In this document: piece by piece, positions 18,001 to 25,469 of the stretch
Numbering within the stretch: position 1 is the first letter of the stretch
Layout: each line of letters begins with the position of its first letter
Assembly (NCBI GenBank): GCA_038884755.1
Contig: JAWABJ010000001.1
Coordinates: 251,378 to 315,377 of the forward strand
Origin: Candidatus Norongarragalinales archaeon
Lineage (GTDB): Archaea > Micrarchaeota > Micrarchaeia > Norongarragalinales > Norongarragalinaceae
Reading direction: 5' to 3'
Length of the DNA stretch: 64,000 bases
Position numbers and translations under genes: made by a program
The notes under the pieces: generated by a model
Told to the model about the DNA's origin: nothing
Database searches by the model: none
What the model saw: the letters and a program-made list of their open reading frames with translations, nothing else

Positions 18001-20678
18001 GCATTACGCTAATACAAAACCTTTCGGTTTCCAAGCAACGCGGGCAGGGCATTAGTTTCGTGCAGGGCTTGGAGAACGGCGTTTACAACGGGTTTTTCAA
18101 CATCAGCCTGAACGACGTGGTTTCAGGCGACATTGTGAACGTTTCGTTCCTCGCGATTACGAGCGAGACTCCCAAGTTTTCCAACTTCAAGTTTGTTTTC
18201 CACAACGGGCTGCCGAACTGGTTCGACAACCAGACCAAGCTCAACGCCATGCCTTACGCCGGCGGGCCGCCGGCGCAGTTCGACTACTTCCCATGCGGCA
18301 AGGCGGCGATTACGCTAGACATTCCGCTGGGCGGGCAGGGGCAGATTGACTTGAACTCGTCTTGCCGGGACGTGATTTTGCAAGTAGACCCAATAATGCC
18401 TTTGGACGCGATTCCCGTGGAATTCACGCAAAGCTTCAGGAGCAACTGCGGAACCTTGCGCCTGAACCGGCTTTTCCCGCCGACCGACGGCTCGCGCGAC
18501 TTGTCGCAGAAGATTCAATTCGACATGAACCTGTACCCGCAAACGGCGTGGATTTCGTTCAACTCGCAAACCGCTGGTTTGCTTAAAGGAAATTGGTTTG
18601 ACACCGACCCGCGCTTTCCCGGGTTAAACTACCTGGGCAAAGCCACTCTTCGCTTGGACTGCTCGCGCTTGCCCAACAAGTTCGTGGACATCGCGATTAC
18701 TGCGAAAGCCGTCGACTCGCGCATTCCGCCCGTGGACGGAAGCTACATTTACTACGAAGGCATGCCCCACCAGCTGATTTATTCGCTGTACAACGGCCAG
18801 CTTCCGCGCGACTTGCTTGTAAGCCCGTCTAACGAAACCACGACGGTAAAAACCCGTACGAGGGCTTTTGACGCCAGCAACCGCGTCAATTACTTCCTCA
18901 TCAACCACCGTTCCACTCCAATCGGCATTTCCATCAAGGGCACGCCGTCGGAGGAAGGCATTGTAATAAACGAGTTCAGCAACCGCTTTGGCTCGGTGTA
19001 TTCTCACATGATTGCGGTTTCCCACTTGGACTTGATTACGCTCGGCAAGTACCTGCATTTCCTGGACTCGCTGCAGCTCTACCCGCCGTCCCAGCAAAAC
19101 GCGATTTGGAATTCCACTTGCCCGTCGATAGACTACGTGAGCGAAGTGACGCACCAGATTCCGCGCAATTTCGTGGAAGAAGTGAAACGCATTTCGCTAA
19201 TCACGGGCTTCCGCCGTTCGCCGCCCCAAAACGGGTATTGGTGCGGGCACCGCAAGGACCGCCCGCAGGGCGAGCGCACTTGCTATCCAACGATTTTGAA
19301 TTGGATGCAGCCGGGAATCAACGAGACGACGCAAACGATTCAATGCCCCGCTCCCGCGTGCTTGCAGGCAAGCGAAGCCGACCCGGACTCTTACACGGCT
19401 GACGCGATAACGCTTTCGGTTTCCCCCCAGCAGCCTTTCCCGCCTGAAGGGCAGCAGTACGCCTTTTCAATCAAGGATTCGCTCGTGTTGAGCGCTGACG
19501 CGAGCGGGCTTCCCGCGGGCACGAACGTTACGGCCGCGAGCGTGGAATTCAAGAGCAAGGAAAGCGTGGACTGCCCGATTGCCGGCGCAAGCTGGTGTTC
19601 GACGACTTTCTTGAACGACGGAGTGGATTTGCAGAAGGACGCGGGCGGGTTGTGGAACATTTCTTACGCCGGCATTTCAAACGCGCAAAACGGCGAGTAC
19701 GCCGTGCGCATCAAAGCGGCAAACGAAACCGGCGGTGTTTTCTTCTACTCGCCTTGGGTTAGGATAATAGTGGAGAACAATGCCGCCGCTTGCTTTGCGT
19801 TGGGCACCCAGCGCGAGAACGTGCCGTTGTGCGCCGAGCCCGTGTGCGACCCGTTCTGCAGGCCGGATGGGACTAAGGAAATCGTGACCAACGCGGGTCC
19901 CGCCTTGAACGACCCGCAATCGTGGTGGCTGAACGACACTGTCCTGGAGTTCGTGCCTGCGGCGGAAGTGGAAGGGATTGAGAATTACGCGGGAATGCCT
20001 TTCGCTTACTTCAGGCAAAAGGGCATTCTGCAAAACGACTTTTCTTTATCCAGTCCGCTAATGCAGTGGAACTGGAACATTGACGACGTTGCAAACGCAG
20101 GATTTACGATTGAAAACGACGCGAAATGCGTGGCTGGAACAGGGTTTTACGAGCTCAAGGCGTCTAGCGCGGACGGCGAGGAATGGAGTTTCAGCGTGGC
20201 GCTTAAGAAACTGCCTTTGAGCGGGTATTTCCTGAACAACGAGCCTTCCGACTCCGACGCGGCGAGGGAAGGGTATATAGACGATTTGCCTCCAAACCCG
20301 CGTTCTGCCGTTTTCGCCAAAGGCCGGGGTTGTGGAATAGGAACAGACCCGGGTTTTGATGATGAAAAGTTTTTGTGCAACGCCAAAAACCTGGTGGTTG
20401 GAAAGCACACGCACCACGCTAGAAACAGCCAAATTCTCGATTGCTTTATCCCGTGCAAGTACAACAACTGCGGGTATTGCATCAACTTCAACCTGCCTTT
20501 CGAGCAGTACGAGTGGCAAGCTTGCCTTCCGCCGGCGAACAGGAACGACTTTTCCAGCTTCCAGGCTTTGAGGCAGGCGTCGACCAACCCCAACCTGCCT
20601 CCTGAATTGCGTTGGGCTTACGGCGTGGGGCAAGAACTGGGCGGCTGTCCGAACGAAGCGACGCGCATTTCCGATTGA
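15021..20678 (+). CDS. giant membrane-anchored surface protein, paralog 2 (1885 aa)
   Basis: Same N-terminal module and TM (IPSLPAFVIILLALLLGAGWIAM), CarboxypepD_reg-like repeats and conserved core block. Many N-x-S/T sequons and a Cys-rich distal half. No C-terminal TM. Confidence 0.85.
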   Translation: MENQPTGGEQPPSIPAKSNQKTLWDNVEGKYYSFCDWLQDHGLPIYDFFVYPLEDRGIPSLPAFVIILLALLLGAGWIAMGGLSGLGQQAYALQVSVYSEQGPIEGAILTLYKDGGVVSKTKTNSDGISSFEELQAGDYALDAEKEGFETASLAVSVPRESSVDVTLVSKQKISFEGGKQPNGKKTEEGPFNEIDYGDLSLKIFVTDIAGNPLDATANVFDKNAGTKIGTVIVRNGFGSLDGLEAGMVVYADVSAQGHVPYLGKNNATTISAESPNSISVKLFKITNDTESKATLVKVRDLNGTPLNQVLIKVFRKGNPFALIIPNQYTNATGELAIDLNSSGNPDYKILASKTPYVDTETSWFKAGTKVEITLKKQSEMNQSDKDKASNLTVTVTFNGSVVANAAVAVFHDELATREGFTNSQGKISFYILNSRGLTVTVNASKNNMAGSKQVALDSEQVQASVELERRKASVRVRAFNYSNGLLIENAAFEAKTGGATVSSCAVSAPNFDCVLQIGIGLNAEINASAPTFVSETKYLSVNNETMALDFSLLPEYAVQSSLIKDFVVTPEGGNSNVTTLYPGKRYEAKFTLIGKTNSTSDEFGFYFGVETARAVIKRVTPPSTPTKTLGSTTAACNPVQIDYNNANAAWVDLTYAGANGVSSKSVRVVFEVKPLGQGVQESNVTLRYRSFLVQGGKYYRNPLNANDPPETRFEPKSPLASGCNSPTFNALYAINGVGVSCSEYACVSVLFTQNGQQSAKNNFTMMNFGEGSTPPVVMLYEITFKKDVRNNPADISFSFNAPGSFIGLVSASYPDQPDEQGTPPQPPNKIEFLNGTPQSFSADLSHLKRYSNMDEGFKFNGDFVIKPLSSSNVSGEGITLQLAQGVDAVRHNALYNIQANGSQGGCTQNCNEQVENSAKLQMLLRQRRDSGSYITNPLSLYAIGLCSYESILHSFLQVGLPKCAGSFVELNYTVTVNDTQGGRGWVFFNSTANGITLIQNLSVSKQRGQGISFVQGLENGVYNGFFNISLNDVVSGDIVNVSFLAITSETPKFSNFKFVFHNGLPNWFDNQTKLNAMPYAGGPPAQFDYFPCGKAAITLDIPLGGQGQIDLNSSCRDVILQVDPIMPLDAIPVEFTQSFRSNCGTLRLNRLFPPTDGSRDLSQKIQFDMNLYPQTAWISFNSQTAGLLKGNWFDTDPRFPGLNYLGKATLRLDCSRLPNKFVDIAITAKAVDSRIPPVDGSYIYYEGMPHQLIYSLYNGQLPRDLLVSPSNETTTVKTRTRAFDASNRVNYFLINHRSTPIGISIKGTPSEEGIVINEFSNRFGSVYSHMIAVSHLDLITLGKYLHFLDSLQLYPPSQQNAIWNSTCPSIDYVSEVTHQIPRNFVEEVKRISLITGFRRSPPQNGYWCGHRKDRPQGERTCYPTILNWMQPGINETTQTIQCPAPACLQASEADPDSYTADAITLSVSPQQPFPPEGQQYAFSIKDSLVLSADASGLPAGTNVTAASVEFKSKESVDCPIAGASWCSTTFLNDGVDLQKDAGGLWNISYAGISNAQNGEYAVRIKAANETGGVFFYSPWVRIIVENNAAACFALGTQRENVPLCAEPVCDPFCRPDGTKEIVTNAGPALNDPQSWWLNDTVLEFVPAAEVEGIENYAGMPFAYFRQKGILQNDFSLSSPLMQWNWNIDDVANAGFTIENDAKCVAGTGFYELKASSADGEEWSFSVALKKLPLSGYFLNNEPSDSDAAREGYIDDLPPNPRSAVFAKGRGCGIGTDPGFDDEKFLCNAKNLVVGKHTHHARNSQILDCFIPCKYNNCGYCINFNLPFEQYEWQACLPPANRNDFSSFQALRQASTNPNLPPELRWAYGVGQELGGCPNEATRISD
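16761..17495 (+). repeat. conserved core block, copy B (pairs with 11157..11880)
   Basis: See copy A. Shared identical runs include AGCAAGAGCGTGAGAGTGGTTTTCGAAGTAAAGCC and CCCGACGAGCAGGGCACTCCGCC. Confidence 0.8.
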
Positions 20679-20699
20679 GCTCGCGCTATTCGATAGAAC

Positions 20700-20713
20700 T
20701 TTTTTGTTTTTTT
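20700..20713 (+). terminator. oligo-T terminator candidate (T6 G T7)
   Basis: Lies 22 nt after the stop of giant gene 2. Archaeal termination typically occurs at oligo-T tracts. Confidence 0.5.
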
Positions 20714-20787
20714 AGTCAGAAGCTACCTCGGTCATCACAAGTCAGACTGGGACGGTGTCATCACGAAATAGGATTTGTGCAAAGCGC

Positions 20788-20796
20788 TTTTATTAA
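20788..20796 (+). promoter_or_regulatory. candidate TATA box (TTTTATTAA) for the RelA/SpoT-like gene
   Basis: About 35 nt upstream of the ATG at 20829, which supports that start over the track start at 20775. Confidence 0.35.
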
Positions 20797-20828
20797 GATT
20801 GAGTTCAATTGTTTTTATAGCTGGTTTA

Positions 20829-22376
20829 ATGGAAGAAGCTGCTGTTTCGAAAAGGTTTTCACAGAAGTTCGGCGCGCAAATTAGCTTTGCTAGAACGCTT
20901 TATGCCGGCCTCAAAGGAGAAAAGAATTTTGATTTCAACCTTGCCCTTGCGAATTACTTGCATTCCCACCAAGCGGACGATCAGCTTGTTTTAAGCGCTT
21001 TACTAGCCGGTCTGAGTAAAAAAGAGCTGGAGGAAATCAAAAAAAAAGGTGTGGCCAAGCACGTGTTGGAGCAGCACGAGAAAGAATGGGGTTTGGACAG
21101 GAAAGCAGTTAAAGATTTCAGTGAAAACTTGAAAGAGGCTTTAGAGATTATTGCAAGCTATATACAGTTGAAAGCAAATCCGGAAATGGATGCAAACGCG
21201 CATTTTGCAGCCGCGCTTGAAGCCCCCAAGCTACGCGCTTCGTTGTTGCGCGCTGCGGTATTGAACTTCGAACTGGAAAAACCATCAAAACAATCTGCTT
21301 TGCACGTGGAAGTGGCTGAACACGTTTACATTCCGTGGTTGAACCTCTTGGGTTTGGTTGACATGAGCAACGAACTCGGAGAAAAAGTTTTGAAAATCAA
21401 AGACCCTTTAGCATACGAAAAACTCTTTCAACACTTGGAAACAATGCCTGTCAGTAAACGTCCGTTCGGCAAAATGATTGCCTCCTTGAAAAAGAAAATC
21501 AGTAGGCTGGGGTTGGAGATTGAAGACGTTCAGTTCAGGAGAAAATCGATTTACAGCATTTACCAAAAACTCAAGGCTTACGGCTGTCCCGTTGGAAATC
21601 CAGCCTACGACCACGACCCTCGACTTTTAGACGATTTGTATGGGTTGAGGGTTGTTTTGAAGGCTGACGAGACTGAAAGCGAAAGCGAACAAGTTGCAAA
21701 GGCAAGACGAGTGTTGGATGTAGTACGCTCTTCATTCGAAATGCCTAAGGAGGCAAGGATAGACGAGTATGTCGCTGAAAAAGCAAAACCAAGCGGCTAT
21801 AAGGCTATTCACACGCCGGTTATTGGACCGCAGAATTTGCCGATAGAAATTCAAACAGTAACCAAACCATGGCACGCTGCGAACGAAGCTGGTCTTTCTT
21901 CCCATTTTTTCTACAAACTTTCTAAAGCTGTTAGCAGTCCTTTGAGGCAGGTGTTGGTTCGCATTCAAGAAGAGTTGAAGCGGGGCGTGCCGATAGAACG
22001 AGTTTTCAGGAGCATAGGCAAGCCGTTGATTTACGTGACAACCGACCGGTTTGGTCCGCAAGACCACGCTCTTCCTGCAGGTTCTACTCCCTTGGACTTG
22101 TGGTACGCGCATGGTTTCCGCAAGAAGTACGAAGAAAAAATGAAGGGAAAAATATTTTTCGAAACCGTAATGGTAAACGGTGAAACCGTTCCACTAACTA
22201 CTATCCTGAAGCCAGGCGATCACGTGCGTTTTGACGTGAGCGGAAGCCCGCCGAAAGTAGAGCTTATTGACCGGTTTGCGAACGAAGTAGCAACGCCTGA
22301 AGCGAGGGAAGGGTTGTGGAAGTTGAGGAGAAAACTGGGAAAATGGCGTTGGCTCAGGCGAAAGGAAGAGAGCTAA
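20829..22376 (+). CDS. RelA/SpoT homolog (RSH): degenerate HD domain, (p)ppGpp-synthetase domain and TGS domain
   Basis: Synthetase motifs RRKSIYSIYQKL, DDLYGLRVVL, SGYKAIHT, IEIQTVT and HFFYK. TGS-like region IYVTTDRFG...ALPAGSTPLDLWYA...VNGETVPLTTILKPGDHVRF. The N-terminal HD-domain remnant has LLAGL where the HD dyad is expected. Confidence 0.8.
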   Translation: MEEAAVSKRFSQKFGAQISFARTLYAGLKGEKNFDFNLALANYLHSHQADDQLVLSALLAGLSKKELEEIKKKGVAKHVLEQHEKEWGLDRKAVKDFSENLKEALEIIASYIQLKANPEMDANAHFAAALEAPKLRASLLRAAVLNFELEKPSKQSALHVEVAEHVYIPWLNLLGLVDMSNELGEKVLKIKDPLAYEKLFQHLETMPVSKRPFGKMIASLKKKISRLGLEIEDVQFRRKSIYSIYQKLKAYGCPVGNPAYDHDPRLLDDLYGLRVVLKADETESESEQVAKARRVLDVVRSSFEMPKEARIDEYVAEKAKPSGYKAIHTPVIGPQNLPIEIQTVTKPWHAANEAGLSSHFFYKLSKAVSSPLRQVLVRIQEELKRGVPIERVFRSIGKPLIYVTTDRFGPQDHALPAGSTPLDLWYAHGFRKKYEEKMKGKIFFETVMVNGETVPLTTILKPGDHVRFDVSGSPPKVELIDRFANEVATPEAREGLWKLRRKLGKWRWLRRKEES

Positions 22377-22436
22377 CTAAAGCTTATTAAAGCTGTTTTT
22401 ATAAACTTCTTTTTAGTAAAACAAGCGAGTATAATT

Positions 22437-23006
22437 TTGCAAAAAGGTGGTTTGTTGGCTTTAGCGTGGATTTTGGTCGGAATAATCGCGATAATCCTGG
22501 TTTTCGTCGTTTTGCTTTACAACGGGCTTGTCCGTGCGAGGAACATGGTGGACAACGCGTGGTCGCAAATCGACGTGCAACTGAAGAAAAGAAGCGACTT
22601 GATTCCCAACCTCGTCGAGACAGTGAAAGGCTACGCCAAGCACGAGCGCGAAGCGTTCAAGGAAGTTACCGAAGCGAGAACGAAGTTTTTGAATGCGAAA
22701 ACAATCGGAGAGAAAGCGAGGGCGAGCAACATGATTACCGACGCTTTGAAAAGCATTTTTGCTGTCGCAGAAGCCTATCCGCAATTGCGCGCGAGCGAAA
22801 ACTTCAAGCACTTGCAGGAAGAGTTGAGCGACATCGAGGGGAAAATAGCTTACGCCAGGCAATTCTACAACGACTCCGTTCTCGAGTACAACAATTCCAT
22901 CCAAGTGTTCCCCAACAGTCTTGTGGCTGGACCGTTCGGCTTTTCCAAGCGCGAGTTTTTCGAAGTCAGCGTGGAAGAGCGCAAGAGCGTCAAGGTAAAA
23001 TTTTGA
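22437..23006 (+). CDS. lemA: LemA family protein
   Basis: 189 aa with an N-terminal TM, then LYNGLVRARNMVDNAWSQIDVQLKKRSDLIPNLVETVKGYAKHE, the typical LemA signature. Confidence 0.88.
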   Translation: MQKGGLLALAWILVGIIAIILVFVVLLYNGLVRARNMVDNAWSQIDVQLKKRSDLIPNLVETVKGYAKHEREAFKEVTEARTKFLNAKTIGEKARASNMITDALKSIFAVAEAYPQLRASENFKHLQEELSDIEGKIAYARQFYNDSVLEYNNSIQVFPNSLVAGPFGFSKREFFEVSVEERKSVKVKF

Positions 23007-23071
23007 ACTTTTTATTTTGTAGGAAAAAGGGTAGAGGGGAGAAACGCAGTTTCTTCCTCTGGTGATTTTCA

Positions 23072-23956
23072 ATGCCTGAGCTTTACAACCAGATTGCCGA
23101 CAACAAGCGCAAGTCTTGGCTTTTCGTGGTGTTCTTGTTCGTTCTCGTGGCGCTGGCGGTGCTGTTTTTCTCGCTCATCACGGGTTTCGGCAAAGCCGGC
23201 TTCATAATCGCGTTTTTCATCGCTTTGCTTACGACCGTCGGCTCTTACTACTGGAGTGATTCCATCGTCATAGCTTCGACTGGCGCAAAGCCCGCGGAGG
23301 GTGTGGCGTTCCGCAAATACCATTCTCTTGTGGAAGGGTTGTGCATCGCAAGCGGGCTACCCAAGCCCAGGCTTTACTATCTTGAAGATAACGCGATTAA
23401 TGCGTTTGCGACAGGGCGCGATCCCAAGCACGCGGTTGTTTGCGTTACCACTGGTGCAATGCAAAAGCTCGACAAGAGCGAGTTGGAAGGCGTGATAGCG
23501 CACGAGCTTTCGCACGTCAAGAACTATGACGTGCGCTTCATCACTTTCGCAGTCGTGATGGTCGGGTTGGTGAGCATTCTTGCCGACATGGCTTTCAGGA
23601 CCATGTTTTACGGAAGGGGGGACAGGAAGATTGAAGGGAGAGCGGGCGCGGCTTTGCTAGTAATAGGGCTGTTGTTCATGATTCTCGCACCTATTTTCGC
23701 GAAGCTAGTGCAACTCGCGGTTTCGAGAAAGCGCGAGTATCTTGCTGATGCTACCGGCGCTTCGCTCACGCGTTATCCTGAAGGGCTTGCCAAAGCTTTA
23801 GAGAAAATAAAGGCGGAGGCGCAGCCGGTGAAAAACGCCAACTCGGCCACTGCCAGCTTGTTTTTCGCAAACCCCCTGAAAGGCGTTTCCCTCTCCGGGC
23901 TGTTCGCCACGCACCCTCCGGTGGAAGAACGCATAAAGCGCTTGCGGAGTATGTAA
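23072..23956 (+). CDS. htpX: HtpX-like M48 zinc metalloprotease
   Basis: 294 aa, HEXXH (HELSHV), four TM segments, and the typical lemA-htpX pairing. Confidence 0.88.
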   Translation: MPELYNQIADNKRKSWLFVVFLFVLVALAVLFFSLITGFGKAGFIIAFFIALLTTVGSYYWSDSIVIASTGAKPAEGVAFRKYHSLVEGLCIASGLPKPRLYYLEDNAINAFATGRDPKHAVVCVTTGAMQKLDKSELEGVIAHELSHVKNYDVRFITFAVVMVGLVSILADMAFRTMFYGRGDRKIEGRAGAALLVIGLLFMILAPIFAKLVQLAVSRKREYLADATGASLTRYPEGLAKALEKIKAEAQPVKNANSATASLFFANPLKGVSLSGLFATHPPVEERIKRLRSM

Positions 23957-23989
23957 AAGCTTAAGAGTTTCTTTTTCTTTCGTTTTTTC

Positions 23990-24556
23990 ATGCAACCTTT
24001 GCTCAAGTGGTTTGCCGGGCACAGGCGCTTGCTGTTTTACTCCGCCAGGGTAATAGTAGTAGCCTTCTTTGCTTCAATCCTGTTTTTCGACTCGGTCTTG
24101 AAGTTCATCCTCTCAAACTTCTACGCCTTGGACGCTGTCGTCCTTGCGTTAGTAATTCTCGCCTTGACGCATTTGTACGACTTGATTTACGAGGAAAAGA
24201 AGAGCTTTAGCGCGTTGATATGGAAATACTTTTTCCTTACCCTGTCGGTGATACTGCTTTTCGGGATTCTCTATTACGTGAATGCAGTCGTGTTCGACCC
24301 TCCTGGTTTGGTTTCCACTTACGAAATGCAGTTGGAGAAAGACGTTTTTTACTTCAGCGCCGTAACCTATTTCACTGTCGGGTACGGCGAGATAGTGCCT
24401 TGGGGCGTTAATGCAAAAACGCTTTCGGTGTTCGAAGCGTTTTTCGGGAACGTAATCAACCTCGCGGTTTTGGCTTTGGCATTCCGCACCCTAAATTTGC
24501 AGAGAAACCTCGAGGAAAAAAAGGCGTTCGGCAGGATAGTCAAGCACGTGCGTTGA
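23990..24556 (+). CDS. potassium channel pore-domain protein
   Basis: 188 aa membrane protein with the selectivity filter TVGYG (YFTVGYGEIVP) between two hydrophobic helices. Confidence 0.75.
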   Translation: MQPLLKWFAGHRRLLFYSARVIVVAFFASILFFDSVLKFILSNFYALDAVVLALVILALTHLYDLIYEEKKSFSALIWKYFFLTLSVILLFGILYYVNAVVFDPPGLVSTYEMQLEKDVFYFSAVTYFTVGYGEIVPWGVNAKTLSVFEAFFGNVINLAVLALAFRTLNLQRNLEEKKAFGRIVKHVR

Positions 24557-24566
24557 ACGGTGGGGG

Positions 24567-25469
24567 TTGCAAATGATAGTCTGCGCAGGAAGCATAGCTT
24601 TGGATACGACGCACACGCCGTTCAAGAGCGCAAAGCGCATAATGGGTGGTAGCGCCTCGTATTTCGGCGTTTCCGCGTCTTTCTTCACGAAAACCGCGCT
24701 GGTGAGCGCGGTCGGAAGCGATTTTCCAGAAGATTATTGGCGGGCGTTGGCGAAACACTGCGATTTGACGGGCGTGGAGAAAGCCAAGGGAAAAACCTTC
24801 TTTTTCGAGTCGAAGTTTGACTTCGATTTGCGCAACCGCACCGCGCTCAAAGTAGTGGAAGGCGTTTTACCGCAAGCACGCTGGGCGGTTCCGGAATACC
24901 TGCAAAACCCCGACGTTCTTTTCCTCAACTCGCACCATCCTGCCGTCGACGCCAAGGTAATGAAGCAAACGCGTCCGACAATGGTTTTCGGCGACACTAT
25001 AGAATACTTGACGCGAAAGCAAAAGCCTTTGCTCCTCGAGTTTTTGAAGAAGACCGACGGTTACGTGTTGAACGAAGTGGAAGCCAGGATTTTGAGCGGC
25101 GCGTCCAACCTAATCAAAGCTGGAAAGAAACTCCAGGAAAAAGGCCCGGAAATCGTGGTGGTGAAGAAAGGCGAGCACGGCGGGTTGTTGTTTTATAACC
25201 GCGAGGTGTTTCCTTTTCCGGCTTTCCCGTTGGAAAACATCGTCGACCCGACTGGGGCTGGCGACGCTTTTGCTGGAGGTTTTTTGGGATGGCTGGACCG
25301 GCAAAAGAAAACAAGCGAAGCCACCTTGCGGCAGGCGTGTTATTACGGAACGGTAATGGCGAGCTTTTGCGTCGAGGCGTTCGGCTTGAACAATTTGCTG
25401 GTGCTTGATGAAAAGAAAATCGCGCGGCGCCTCACGGAATACCAGCGGCTTGCAGTTTGCGCTATTTGA
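24567..25469 (+). CDS. PfkB-family carbohydrate/nucleoside kinase
   Basis: 300 aa with the ribokinase-family signature DPTGAGDAFAGGFLG. Substrate not determinable. Confidence 0.8.
   Translation: MQMIVCAGSIALDTTHTPFKSAKRIMGGSASYFGVSASFFTKTALVSAVGSDFPEDYWRALAKHCDLTGVEKAKGKTFFFESKFDFDLRNRTALKVVEGVLPQARWAVPEYLQNPDVLFLNSHHPAVDAKVMKQTRPTMVFGDTIEYLTRKQKPLLLEFLKKTDGYVLNEVEARILSGASNLIKAGKKLQEKGPEIVVVKKGEHGGLLFYNREVFPFPAFPLENIVDPTGAGDAFAGGFLGWLDRQKKTSEATLRQACYYGTVMASFCVEAFGLNNLLVLDEKKIARRLTEYQRLAVCAI

Noticed and set aside
22461-23072. ORFs of 203 aa (minus) and 199 aa (plus, 22466..23065) co-located with lemA.
   Set aside because: These are alternative-frame or antisense shadows of a gene with a clear LemA signature.
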